Source: Camelus dromedarius (taxonomy: Eukaryota). From it: a stretch of 64,000 nucleotides of DNA. The stretch spans positions 76,820,001-76,884,000 of the forward strand of contig NC_087437.1 of the NCBI RefSeq assembly GCF_036321535.1, written 5' to 3'. Shown piece after piece: positions 51,291 to 64,000 of the stretch. Every line of letters begins with the position of its first letter. Position 1 is the first letter of the stretch. The translations under genes and the position numbers were made by a program. A model generated the notes under the pieces. It was not told the origin of the DNA, searched no databases, and saw only the letters and a program-made list of their open reading frames with translations.

Positions 51291-51893
51291 CCACATCATT
51301 CATGCCATGTCTTCATGACATTGAAAATGTGCATTTATACTGAACTAAGCTTAATAGTAAAATATGAAATATAAAGTATCTATTAAATAGAGCTACATTT
51401 CCATTAGCCAAGAAAAGTGCATTTCTATATTTTCCTTTAGAACATGTACCTGGGCTGATGAGATGCAAGTTCTGGCTTTACATCTGATTAAGAGAATGAA
51501 GTATAAAAATAAAACTCATCAGACTGATTAAACTGCAAAACTGTAAACAGTTTTTAAAAATATTATTATTGTAGCTTAACAGCATCTTAATGAGCTGTTT
51601 TCTGAATGTGAACTCACATGCTAGTTGTAGTACATTCATTGCCTGTTGGTGACCTAAAGAAGACCTTTCAAGACCCATGGATATGGTAATTTATGAGTTA
51701 GTAGAATATTCTGTTGCTATAAGTATTCCAGCCTTCATTTTGACCTTTTGATATAATCCTGGCATCAGAAGTTTGGGTTGTAGATTAAGATTTGTAACTT
51801 TTATGAATATCACGGTATTTTAGGATAACAATCTTTGTTGCGATGCAGGTGCTGTTGGTCTACAGACTATGCTGGGAATAGTAAGGTTTAGGG

Positions 51894-52112
51894 CAGGGGT
51901 TTGCAAACTTTCTGTAAAGAACCAGATGGTAAGTAGTTTAGCTTTCGCAGGCCATCGGGTCTCTGTCACAGCTAGTCAGTTCTGCCGCTGAAGCACAAAA
52001 CTGTCATAATTCATATATAAATATATAAGCGTGGCTGTCTTTCAGTAAAACCTCGTTTACAAAACAAGAGGCAAGAGGATTTGGCTCCAGGGCTGTAGTT
52101 TGCCCATGCCTG
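51894..52112. mobile_element. MER58A (hAT-Charlie) MITE
   Basis: Terminal inverted repeats CAGGGGTTTGCAAACT / AGTTTGCCCATGCCTG. 8-bp TSD GTTTAGGG / TTTTAGGG (7/8). Confidence 0.92.
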
Positions 52113-52269
52113 TTTTAGGGGAACTATGGGTGTTCTAAAAAATCCATTTATATTCTAAACTTGCTCCTCTTCAGAGTTAACAGAGGCTAAATTAGATTCT
52201 TGAAGGGTCTTCAGTGACAATCTGGCTCTGTAAGTTACAAATATAAATTTATGTAAGCCCCATTTACAT

Positions 52270-52525
52270 TTATCGATCTTCCATTTTCTTCTGCGGGGAT
52301 TGGTTCCAGGACCACCACACCCCATCCCTCCACCCTCCACCAAAATCCATGAATACGCTCGTCCCTTACAAGTATAAAATGGCATAGTAGAGTTGGCCCT
52401 TCTGATCCTCCAGTTCTGCATCCACAGTTTCAGCCAACCATGAATGGGACCAAAATTGGTTGAATCTGATACTTGGTTGGTCAAATCTGAGGATGTGGAA
52501 GCTGCATATCCAGAGGTCTGAATAT
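52270..52525 (+). mobile_element. Short MER2/MER8-like Tigger MITE
   Basis: GCGGGGATTGGTTCCAGGACC…CCAAAATCCATG…TATAAAATGGCATAGTA…TTGGTTGAATC…GGATGTGGAA. Confidence 0.75.
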
Positions 52526-53172
52526 AAATATCAGATGGTGTTTAATATACTCAGAATACTCAAAAGTCTCCTCAAAGAGCTGTAGAGTAATAGAGTTATT
52601 TAATTCATTGGGTGATCTCTCCCTTGTTCATTTTTCCACCTGCAGTAATCCAAATTCTCAAAGCCACACAATAAATTAACCAGGCAGTGTTGGATACAGA
52701 TTTGAACTGCCCAGTCAGATTATTCACATCCAATTATTTTTTTAAATTTCAACCAAGATTAGAGTCCTTCTTCTGGACAGACCTTTCTATCTTTCCAATT
52801 ATCTAGTCTCTCTCAGTTCTTCCAATGGCTGTGTCATTTGACATCTCCAGAGTTGACATTTCATTAAACTGTTCAGGTAGGCGGGTTTACTGTATCCCAG
52901 AGTGAGCAACCCCATTACTGATGTCTAAAGTTGCCCTATTTTATTTCTACATTTTAAGGGCAATAACATTAAGGAATGTGCTTAAGTGAGTTAGGAATAT
53001 TTAACACTGTTAACTATTAAGACTTAATACTACAGTAGGATACTAGGCTATTAATGTGGCATTTTCATTAATTTGCTACAAAATAGTTAAGAATTTTAAA
53101 AGAATTTTATTAATTTATCTTTCAATACAAGATATAACAATTAAACAATTTTAGTAGAAACAATGTATTAGA

Positions 53173-53527
53173 AGGGAGTTAAACAAACACTAGCCTGAGG
53201 GCCAAATACCACTCACTTCCAATTTGTGTGTGGCCGTCAAGCTAAGCCTGTTTTTGTTTGTTTCACTTTTTAAAATGGTCGAAAAGGAAATCAAACGATG
53301 AATAATATTTTGTGACACATGAAAATCAAAATAATTCAAATTTCAGTTTCCATAAATTAAATTTTATTGGAACACAGCCACAGCTATTTGTCTGTGTGTT
53401 GTCTGTGATATCTATGTCTACTTTTGACTAAAATGGGAGAAAAAATTCCAGCAGAGACTGTGTGGTTCTCAAATCCTAAAATATTTAGTACCTGTCCATA
53501 TACAGAAAAAAAGTTTGGCTACTCCTA
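53173..53527. mobile_element. MER58B-like hAT-Charlie MITE
   Basis: GCCTGAGGGCCAAAT…TTCAAATTTCAGTTTCCATAAA…TTTTATTGGAACACAGCCAC…CCTAAAATATTTA…ACAGAAAAAAAGTTTG. Confidence 0.82.
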
Positions 53528-53789
53528 AGTTACATTAGAACATAAAATGTCTTATGACTTGTATCTATGTACTGCACTAAAAGCTGATTACTCCTAACAT
53601 CAATTAGTTAAAACAAAGCAGCTAAAATGGTTGAGTGGAGGTGGTATTTGGAAGAATGGAAAAATGAAGTTGGTTGAAGTATCTGAATCTTGTCTAGTTC
53701 ACAATATATTAACAGTTGTATAAAAATTAACATAACACATACTCACTGTTTCCAGGCTTATGCCAGAACTTTGTGAGTCTTTTGGTTTA

Positions 53790-53980
53790 TATCACAACTA
53801 GTCAACTAGAATTATCTCACAACCTTCATTACAGTTTTAAAAGCCCCATTGTTATTGTCATTTTGGAGATGAGAAGTTGAGACTTAAATAACTTACCCAG
53901 TGTCACCCAGCCAGCAAACGACAAAGTTAAGATTTGAACAGAGACAATTTAACTCTTGAGATCACTATTTTAACCGCATA
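53790..53980 (-). mobile_element. MIR fragment
   Basis: CATTTTGGAGATGAGAAGTTGAG…TAACTTACCCAGTGTCACCCAGC…GATTTGAAC. Confidence 0.75.
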
Positions 53981-53983
53981 ATA

Positions 53984-54505
53984 GAGTCATCCCTTGGTAT
54001 CTGTGGGGAATTGGTCCCAGGACACCCCCTTCCATACAAAAATCTGAGGATGCTCAAGTTCCTTATATAAAGCAGTTGATTCTTGAACAGTTTGGGAGTT
54101 AGGAGTGCTGACCCTCCTCACATTTGAAAATCTGTGCATAAATTATAGTTGGCCCTCCATATAGTTGACATCCAAGGATTCAACCAACTGTGGGCCATGA
54201 AGTACTGTAATATTTACTATTGAAAAAAAATCCATGTATACGTGGACCCGAGCAGTTCAAATCCTTGTTGTTCAAAGATCAGCTGTATTTGCGTATAACC
54301 TATGCACATCCTCCTGTATACTTTAAATCATTTTATACTACTTGTAATATCTAATACAATGAAAATGCTACACAGATAGTTGCCAGTGTGCAGAAAATTC
54401 GAGTTTTGCGTTTTGGAGCTTTCTGGAATTTTTTTTTTAAATGTTTTTGATCTGTAGTCGTTTGAATTCATGGCTGTAGGACCCACTGATATGGAAGGCC
54501 AATTG
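53984..54505 (+). mobile_element. MER2-like Tigger MITE carrying a nested Tigger2-type MITE
   Basis: GAGTCATCCCTTGGTATC…GGATGCTCAAGTTCCTTATATAAA | insert | TATTTGCGTATAACCTATGCACATCCTCC…GAAGGCCAATTG. TA flanks. Confidence 0.88.
54073..54285. mobile_element. Tigger2-family MITE
   Basis: Terminal inverted repeats CAGTTGATTCTTGAACA / TGTTCAAAGATCAGCTG. Internal GTGGACCCGAGCAGTTCAAA. TA follows. Confidence 0.85.
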
Positions 54506-57500
54506 TATCAGTTTTCTTATACACGTATTGATCATTCAGTAATATGTATGTGGGAACTATCCATTTGTTCATTACCTTGTGATCTTCTGGCCTGAATGTG
54601 GTCCTGTTCAATTTGAGATGAAGTGGAACTCCTGAAGATTACTATTAATGTCACTGAGGTATACACTTCTTTTAAAATTGATTCTCCTGTTTCCCTTAGT
54701 GTCTGATAGACTGTGAAGTAAAATGAAAGAAGGCAGGTTGAAGTTTAATCCAGGTAAGATGAAAGCTTTTGGAGAAGCTGAAGAGTATTTTCTTTACACT
54801 GAATTAAAGTCTTCACAGAGCAGAAGTGATTTAGGACGGTGCCTCAGAAAAGAGAAACTTTGCATTATGCTTTGTATAGCATGTAAGTTGTGACCTTTTT
54901 CTTTACTTGGTGGCCTCATTACAATTCTCACAGGCTGATAACCTTTACTTAAATACATTTTTTACAGGGCCATGTTTATGCATGTATGCATACGACGTAA
55001 AATCAGGTGAGCAAGGGAGCACAGTCAGGGCTCTCAAAACTGAAATCAGATGTATCACCAGCTTTTTCCTCCACCAAAAATTTAGCTAGCACAAATGACA
55101 ATAGGCCATGTGCAGAAAGCAATAAGTGAGATCAAGGCCTGGGCAGTCACCTAAACCTGTAGCAAGCTGCTTTAGAGGGGATTATTTATTTACCCTTGCC
55201 TTACTTTTACTGTGATAGTGAGATTTCTTAGGGCTTAAGAGAGCATTAATTCTGCTGGTAGTAGACATGATCTTTATGAAGTTCCACTGTTGGAATATCT
55301 ATTGGAATAAATGTGGGATTAATTGTAAAAAGTTTCTTTTGTTTGGAGCTGAGGAACTAACAAGATGAGTGTTTTTAATTCTCTGTTTGTTTGTTTTCCT
55401 CTTGCATTACACACAGACTTCCACTGATGACTTCAGGCAGGTCTCTTTATAGAGGCTTTTGCCTAAGTGATTTGCGGGGGTCTTTCAGATGGGTATTTGG
55501 GCATTCAGTTGGAAGCTTTATTTTGACAGTAGGCTAATAGGTTAATTCTGTATTCAAAAATACACCCCCTAGTGTAGACAATGACTTTTTTTTAAAATAG
55601 TGAGTTGTCAAGCCAATTCCCAATTTCCAGGCATTTTACTTTCTTCGTATGGCAGGCACTTTTGGTGAACAGATCATATTATTTAACTGTATGCACTTCT
55701 TCATTCACAGCAGAAACCTCATTTCTCCTCTTAAGGGAAACTAAAATGTGATACTTACGATTCACATGAAGGCTGTGGGAGCTAGCATCAGGTGCTTATG
55801 ATTATATTCAGATGATTAAAAAATGTAATGAAAGTCTAGTAGATCTTGCTTATTACCATTGGCTTTAAGTGCAGCATCATTTAAATTCAAACAGCACTGC
55901 TCTCTGCTCTGAAAAATTGTCCAAGGAGCAAAGAATTGTCTCCTGGGGTATTCAATGATGTACATTAAACCTTGGTGGAAAGCAGATTTCCATTGACAGT
56001 ATGAAAGTGAAAACCAGAGTGTTTTTTGGAAAACTACTTATTTCAATAAATGATTTCCAAATGATTTCATTAGATAATTGAGGCTTTTCAAATACAAATA
56101 TCAGAGAATTAGGACAGAAAGACAAGTAGTGACATTTAGTAATGCCTCACCATGAAACAGCCTTGGCTACCACTCTAAAAGTGAACATATAATTATTAAA
56201 GTCCCATCACTGTATTTTACTATTTTATTAGGGGTCATGGTCAATTAAGTTTTCTATATCCTGATGAAAACATGAATTTTTCCTTAGCAGTACTGTGAAT
56301 AATGCAAATCTAATATTGCATTTCATTTTATTACAAAGGAAAACAGCAAACACATAAACAGACACACACACACACACACACCCCCCACATCAAAATGCTC
56401 TAAGGGGAAAAAGTCAGCAAACAAAACAAAACAACTGAATAAAGACATAAAACTGGAAGGGGAAAAAACTACTGATTTCTCTGCTTCTGTATTTCTTAAA
56501 TATTGATGAATATCTGTATCAAATGATATCTGACTTCTTAGGCAAAAAGTATACACACATTTCTTGGATAATGTTAGGAAACAGTTTTGAAAGTATAGGT
56601 GGGGTAGTAAAAAAACAACAATTTCTTCAGTTTTTCCCCTTGTAAAAAATATTAAAATGACATTTTGTCACTGACTTGATAAATGGTCATGAATATTTGT
56701 CATTACGTTTGATTATTTATCATAGTTTTACCTTAATTTCCTTTAAAATGAAATGTGGACAATGATAGTTACCCTGTTTACCTCATGGGATACTGATAGC
56801 ATCAAAGGAAAGGTCTCTCCAAATAAACCAACTTTATTTCAATATTTTTGCAAGCTACCCCAAAATATTTCAAATAAACTAAATATTGTATTTTTTAAGA
56901 CACACAGACTTTTTTAATAGTGGAAGGAGAATGCAGGTAATATTGACCAGATTCAGATCAATTCAGTCAAGTGATTATTTCTGATCCTCACTCAAGGGAA
57001 ATAATGTAACAGCAAGAAAACAGGTATTCCCAGTTATATGCGATTTAAGAAAAATGGGTAAATTTTCCCCAGCATTACAGCACTGCTTTTCAGCTCCTGA
57101 CCTGTGTCCCCATTATCTCTATGTGTCGCTGAGTCCCAGTACCATCCAAAGAAACCAAATTTCCCTGTCTTCCTTTAGTGTTTTTGCCCTAATGCATTGT
57201 ATCCCATTAGACTATTCTTAGATAATTAGATAATTCCTTACTTATTACTACCCAGGGTTTGATTTTCCTTCTTAGTCTGCATCTTGGTTTTTCTAGTTAG
57301 ATCATCAAGCTTCTCTCTCTCCACCCCTCCTTTCTCTCTCTATTCCCTGAAGAACTAGCCCATCTCTACCCAGTCAGATCTTCTTCTCCATCAGTTAACT
57401 CAAAAATGAAGCACAAATGAATGCAGTGAAATAGGCATCTTGGATAAGCCAGGTACTTCTTCCACTTGATAAAGTGGGTCTTCCATTTTGAAATCTAGCA

Positions 57501-58858
57501 CACTGCAAATAACAGAAATAAAATGATAGAAGTTAAAAGGAGGTAACACAAGCACAGTGTTTTGATGTACATACAAAATGTGACTTTCAGTCTGTTGAAA
57601 ACTTTCCATTTTTAAGTAAGTTTTCCTATGGAACAACACCTACAAATAAAATTATTCACTTTGGTTTAATAACTTATCCTCATTTTCCTTAAAATGGATT
57701 TGACATTTGTCTTTCTGTAAACCATGTCATTACTTCAGCATAGTAAATTCCTTTCTTTCTCCCTCCCCTCCTCCCTCCCTTCCTTTCTTACTAGTTTCTG
57801 CACTCTCTGTTTCTCTCCTCTGTCTGGAATAAAACTTCTGAACAACAACAACAGTGCAAACAGTTGTGAAGATAATGCACATGTGTAGACTACAAACAGG
57901 GAAGGTGTGGGAGGGATTTAAAATCAAATTTACATATTTATCACTTTTGTTACATTCACAAATGAATTTACTTAGCTCATTAAAGGATAGACAAAACACA
58001 TATTGAGTATCTGTTTTCTACTTTAGCTTTTAGTTTTAGTTTTCATTTTTGATGAAGTTTTAGTACCTAATTTAATTTATAACAATTGTACAATGTGTCA
58101 CTAACTAGTTGGAAAGGTAAAATTAATTTATATTAATTCATGAGATGAATTCATTGACCAGAGGAAATTGGATAGTCATGTTTCTTAAAACCAAAATATC
58201 TATTCCACTGCCTTTTACAATTTCACTAGGTGTCTATTTATATGAAACACCTTAACACCAAGTGGGTAAGAAGAATATATTTGGTTAATTTCTACTCTAA
58301 CTTTCTTCATTATACATGAATCATCCTAAACTGTTCTCCAAATTTACTAGTCTCTGCTTGAACAGTTTTAGTTGTGAGAAAACCATCCTCCCATTTTTTA
58401 GTAACTTAATCGTTAGAGATATTTTTATATCAATCCAAAATTAACTTCTTTCCTATCCCTGGAGATACCAATCATGTTGCCAAAACTAGATGGTGGCCAT
58501 ATCTGGTGGATTATTTTTTCAAAGTTTTCAGGAGCAGATTTTTCATGGGGAGCACTTTCTGATACATTTTAATGTTTCTTACAGGCATATATATGTTTCA
58601 AAAGTGGTATTTGTTAGAAGTATTTAAAGAAAGGCATTGCTCCCTGATCTGTGACCAAGATTTGGACATTTACTGCTGCCAGTGACTTTCACTTCATTTT
58701 AAATAACAGCAGTTGAAAAGAGGCTCTCACAAGTGTTTGCTCTATTTATCATTCTTTGCTTTTTAATTGCCTATTAGACTATAAGCTTTCTGCCAGTAAT
58801 GCTCCTGTTGGTACTGCTCAGGTATATATATACATACAGATTTTTATATATATATATA

Positions 58859-59057
58859 AACTGTCCAGTATGGTACCCACTAGCCACATGTAGCTATGTA
58901 AACTTATATTTAAATTAATTAAAATCAAATAAAAAAATTTAATTTCTCTGTCACACCGATCACACAGCAAGTCCTTATTAGCTACATGTGGTTAGTGACT
59001 ACCATGTTGGATTTAGAACAGTTTCATCACTGTAGGGAGTTCTACTAGTTAGCATTG
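58859..59057. mobile_element. MER3 (hAT-Charlie) MITE within an L2 tail
   Basis: CTGTCCAGTATGGTACCCACTAGCCACATGTAGCTA…AGCTACATGTGGTTAGTGACTACC (internal inverted repeat). The L2 tail resumes at AGAGCCTAGCACAGT. Confidence 0.85.
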
Positions 59058-59411
59058 TTTTAGAGCCTAGCACAGTTCCTAGAGAAAAGAAATACGTATA
59101 ATATGAATTAACTTATGAATTAATCTTTATGGAGCAGCAGTCCCATTTAATTTGTCTTCATTATGAAGAGGTAGATTTTGGATGCCAGTATAGGAATATG
59201 TGTACTTCTCAGGGTTTTGCTATTGTTGGTTTTGTTTCTTTTTCTTTTCTTTTCTTTTTTGTGAAGGAAGTCTTAATGCAATCCCCATCTTATATAATGT
59301 ACTTCCTAGACCAGAAAGGCAGTCAAGAATTAGCACATTGTAAGAATTAAATTTCATGAGTCCTTGTGAATATCAATAGATATTAATGAAATGGTGGTAA
59401 TAGTGGGGACC

Positions 59412-59751
59412 TTTCTTAGTGTATTTGGGCTGCTATAGCAAAAATCACAGACTAAGTAGCTTATAAATGACAGAAATTTATTTCTCACAGTTCTGGAAGG
59501 GAACATTTAAGATCAAGGTGCCAGCATGGTCAGGTGAAGGCCAGACTGCAGGCTTCTTATATCCTTGCATGACAGAAGAGGCTAGGGAACTAGGTTATGC
59601 TTCTTTATAAGGACACTAGTCTCATTCATGAGGGCTGCCCCTTCATAACCTGATCACATCTCAAAGGCCCTACCACCACCTAATGCCGTATCTTGGAGGT
59701 TATGTTTCAACATATGAATTTCAGGAAGACATAAACATTCAGATCATAGCA
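59412..59751 (-). mobile_element. MaLR solo LTR (MLT1A/MLT1A0-like)
   Basis: TCTTAGTGTATTTGGGCTGCTATAGCA…CAGAAATTTATTTCTCACAGTTCTGGA…AAACATTCAGATCATAGCA. TSD GGACC / AGACC. Confidence 0.92.
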
Positions 59752-60994
59752 AGACCTTTTACAAATCATACTTCTGATTGAACTGCATTGAAAAATCTCA
59801 GCAATGAGAATCTGAAGTTTCAATTGCATCATGATAACTTCTTCAACTAACTAAGATTGAAGGAAAAGCTTTGAATCAAATAATGTGAGTTTAAGATAAT
59901 AGCAAAGGGACTATAGAAAAATAATTGTTAAAAAATTTGCTTTTTGATTAAATGCTCTTTCTTTAACTTTCTCTCATTCTAGAATTTTTTCATTAAGCTT
60001 CCCAAAGCTAGATCTAATTTTAGGCCTGTCACTCTATCTTTGGTTCATATTGTTAAGATAAAATACCACCCTGTGGTACACAATATTGTGCACTGACCAC
60101 AGATCCCATAAGAATAGAATTTATTGTTTTCTTGTCATTGATGAAATTCAGCCAGACATTGATGTCTATTCACTGTATACAACTGTTTCCTTTTGGGATA
60201 CACTATTAAAACACAGAGAAGAAAGTGATAAGATTCTTTCAGAACGGTACTTGTAGATTTAACTGAAATGAAAAGAACATCTTAAAGCACAGATTAAGGA
60301 GAACCATGATTAAAGCATGACAATTTGAAGGAAAAACACTCATTAGTCTTTCTCTCAGTGTTCTTTTATCTAAGGAATTCTCTAATCTAGCAGAATATTT
60401 AAAATTAGACTAAATCGATAGAATAGGAGCCCTGAAGTCATTTAGCCAAAATGCCTTTTAGGTAAAAAGGATGTGGAACCACCAGAGATCTTCCACCAAG
60501 TCTCAGCAGCTAAAATTAAAAATCCTTGACACTTAGTGGATGCTAGATGAAAGGGACCTTTGAAATACATTCTTTTGTCAGCAAATATTGAGAATTTATA
60601 AATGTCAAGCCACTGAGAGGTTTTATTCAAAGATGAGGCAGACGTAGTTTCAGAGAACACATAGTTTAGACGATTGCATTGATTTCCCCTGTCTCAGAGA
60701 CATACTCTTTAGAATCTACTCTTATCAAAGATAATAGAATTGTTTGACTTAAAAGAGTGTCGTCTTGATTCTATTTAATTGACATTTTATAAAGTAATAC
60801 TTATCAGACTTCAACGATAAGGCATGATATTTAACTAGCAATTGCTCTAAACACTTAGCAAAAACATGCCCTAGAAGAATTATATTCATTAATGTCTCCC
60901 TGGTGAAGGATTGGCCAGTCAGAAAAGTTACTGACTCTTTACACTGCATCTCTGAAACACAAGGTCAATTTTGATTGGAGAATGTGAAGATGCT

Positions 60995-61630
60995 TTCATT
61001 TATCAGTTCTTTCATTCAACAAATATTAATTCAGTGTCTGCTATTTAGGCTCTGAACTAGATGCTTGGGATTCAACAGTGTTTGTTTTGTTAAACAAACA
61101 TTCCTGCTCTCCAGGAGCTTATATTTTAGGAGAAAGGTTATAAAATTAAATATATATTTTATATATATATATATATATAAAATATGTATTTTTTCTGGTG
61201 TGTTAGAAGATGATAACTGGCAAAGTATATATAAGTGGAACAAGATGAGGAATATCAAGAATGGTGAATCAGTGGAGGGATGATATTTAAATAGGATGAT
61301 CAGAATTAACATTATTATTATTTTCTTCTTGCCAATGCTTACAGAAGAAGAGGGAATCAACCATAGTGAAATTTTGAAGAAGGTTCTGGACAGAAGGACC
61401 AGCCGGTAGTAATGCCTTAACATAGGCTGGTACCTAGTTTGTTTGAGAGGTAGCCAGGTGGCCAAAGGAACTGGAGCAGAGTAATTGAGAGGACGATCAG
61501 CAAGAGCCAAAATCAGAGAGGTAGCACATGCTAGTTCGTACACGATCATCGCGAGGACTTTGTCCTTATTCAGAGTGTGATGCAAAGCCATCTTGAGGTC
61601 TCACGCAGAGATATGGCATCATCATGACTT
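60995..61630 (-). mobile_element. L2 3' fragment
   Basis: TTCATTCAACAAATATT…CCTGCTCTCCAGGAGCTTATATTTTAG…GAGGTAGCCAGGTGGCCAAAGGAACTGGAGCAGAGT. Confidence 0.85.
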
Positions 61631-62559
61631 GTATTTCTACTTAACTTTTGTTGGATAAAATTATCTTTATCTGATCATCCAAAAAAAACCTTACGTAAAT
61701 GTTTTTTTAAAACAGCTATGGAAGAGTTGGACCTGCATTCAAGTTAAAGTCACAATGCTCATTCAGTAATAAGTATTTATCAAACACACTCTGCATGCCC
61801 TAGTAGTGACCTCCTGGTAGAAAAACTTTATGTCAGATTTAATGCTTTTCAAGCATTTTCTTCAAGTTTAGATATTCATATTTCTAATTACTGACTATTT
61901 GTGTGGAGCTATTTAATAAGCATGTCTCTAAAGAAGACATGAGATCCAACAAAAATCAGGCAATGAGCTCATTGCTGTTCTTACTTTTCCATAAGAATCT
62001 GTTTCAGATGAAACTTTGCAAGAATTTAATGTGAGCAGATTTTCAATGCTTTCTTTATGTCCACTCCAAAATAAACTGAAGAAAACTAGTCAGATGGAAA
62101 GATACCTTTAGGAAACATAGGTAAAGACAAAGCTAATTTTTTCTTAAGAGACCTATCTGCAAAGCTGGTTTGTATCATTTCTACTGAATACATATTGGGG
62201 GAAAATTATTCACACAAAACCAAACCATCACCAACAGGGCAATCTGATAAAATGAGTCTGTTCTGAGACATCTGCAAATTGTTTTCATCTTGAATTTTCT
62301 GTCAAACCGATCTGAGGTAACTGGCTATCATTAGCATGACCACATAATTCAGGAAAAGGCAGAAGCAACTTTCTGCAAAGGAAATGTGGATAACACTAAC
62401 ACATCGTTACTCAACAGTTTTATTCCTTATAAATGTGTTGTGTTTTCACGGCACTGTTTGATTTGATCCGATTTCCTTCACGTTGTCTTTAACATTCTTT
62501 TATTCCTCTTTATTTTTACTGTAGCTGCACAGTAGAGAAACTTATCACAAAACACCAGT

Positions 62560-62780
62560 TTTAATTAGTTGCCTCCAGAACTCTGGCCTACATTTAAATT
62601 CTGGCTTATTCATGGGCTAGTTTGGGGATCCTGAGGCAATTTTTGAACCTGTCTTAGCCTTATCTTCTCCCCTAGAAATATGAATTATTATAATAGCAGT
62701 CTTTAAGTACTTTTAAGACGATACAATCCATGTTGGTCACCTAGCACAGAGCCTATTACACAATAAGCGCTCAGTATACT
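62560..62780 (+). mobile_element. MIR SINE
   Basis: TTTAAATTCTGGCT…CTAGCACAGAGCCT…CAATAAGCGCTCAGTA tail. Confidence 0.65.
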
Positions 62781-63698
62781 TAAAGTATACTGGTGGTATT
62801 ATCTAACCATGTTACTTCTCATATCTAGATTATCTTTTATAACACATTGCCACTTCAGATAAAGCATTTCTCTCTTCCCAAAGATAAAATGCTTTTTCCT
62901 TAGACTTGTATTACAAGTCCCTATGGACTAACATGTCCCTGTGGTATAGAATGACCTAAATTCTGACTAGCTTTCAGTAGATATTTCCTAGGGTGTTTTT
63001 TTGTTGTTGTTAAAGTTTATTCTGGCCAGATGAATATGTATGCTCTTCCTAAACTAATCCCCTATGATGTGCCTTAATATCAGTTCACACAATTATTCAT
63101 GCCTAAAATGGATTTTTCACTTTCCTATCCAAGTTTGAATTCCATTCATCATCAAGTGATGATTTTAGGTAAATATCTTGTATGGAATAATACTGTACTT
63201 GGTTCCTTAAAAATCTACAGTACCCTATTGCCTTTCTATTCATTTGTCATGTATCATTTTGCTATTTGACTTTTTTGTTATGTTGACCATTAATTTCCAG
63301 ATAGTTTGAAATCTCCTAAAAATGAAGGACCATATTTCTCTGTATAAACTATATAACCTGGCACAATATTAGACTCAGAATCAAACTCAAATTTTGATCT
63401 ATCTGTTGTTCCCTAATACCATAACCTGCATAGTATGTACGTTAAATATAACCTTGGTAAAATGATGAGTGAATTATTCTGAGACCAGTGTAGTATGTGT
63501 CATAATTAAAACAAAGGCACTAAAGCATTCAGGCATTGGTGATGGAAGTCCTGGAAAAGTTGTTTTACTAAAGAGACAGTAATTTTTTTTTTATGGATAC
63601 TATTTTAGGTATTATTGCTACAACTTTGGAACCAGGCAGATACTGATAATCTAATCTGACTGTGACCTCTAGGATAAATACAATCATTATGAAGCTTG

Positions 63699-63742
63699 AT
63701 GTATGTATGTATGTATGTATGTATGTATGTATGTATGTATGT
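63699..63742. repeat. (ATGT)n microsatellite
   Basis: Directly visible. Confidence 0.97.
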
Positions 63743-64000
63743 GTGTGAGGTAGTGGGGAAAGATAGAGAGAATGAGATCGATCTAAACTTTTCTTCCCTC
63801 ATTATGTGTCTGTGGTGATAAATACATACAAAACAACATGCACTCGAGTTTAATGCTTGCTCTTCCAGTGAAGAGCATTTTGAAATGAAACCCACATTCT
63901 CAAAGAAGTTCCATAAGGAGGCGTTAAGGAATATATTTTAGAACACATAAGAATTAAATCTTAAAAAATCTGGAAGATTACGTATTATGTATTTTCTCAT

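Noticed and set aside
61031..61591. 186-aa ORF, the longest in the window
   Set aside because: Lies within a decayed L2 3' fragment and crosses a (TA)n run, with no recognisable domain.
1..64000. CRISPR-like array or other repeat-spacer system
   Set aside because: No regularly spaced conserved repeats were seen. The recurring sequences are dispersed TE copies and microsatellites.

Overview
AT-rich, CpG-poor mammalian non-coding DNA (intergenic or deep intronic). It is most likely from a camelid: it carries a tRNA-Ala-derived Vic-1-type SINE and artiodactyl/camelid-type L1 3' ends. I can support no protein-coding exon, structural RNA gene, CRISPR array or prokaryote-like system. The ORF-track entries I could explain are transposon relics, microsatellite read-throughs or chance ORFs. 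Much of the window is fossil mobile DNA: a 4.8-kb L1 with its 5' end intact but its 3' end missing, other L1/L2/L3 fragments, MIRs, MaLR and ERV solo LTRs, and Tigger/hAT MITEs. Several elements are nested and keep readable target-site duplications (TSDs). The best second-look items are an AmnSINE1-like tail carrying TCF/TATA/octamer motifs (51.2 kb), a ~100-bp direct repeat bracketing an L1 fragment (16-17.2 kb), an L1 insertion that deleted part of an LTR (26.2-27.1 kb), a 73-bp L1-in-L1 micro-insertion (6.9 kb), four perfect octamer motifs in 684 bp (42 kb) and a fold-back microsatellite (39.9-40.1 kb). Family names come from recalled consensus sequences, not from a search. Boundaries without a TSD are approximate.
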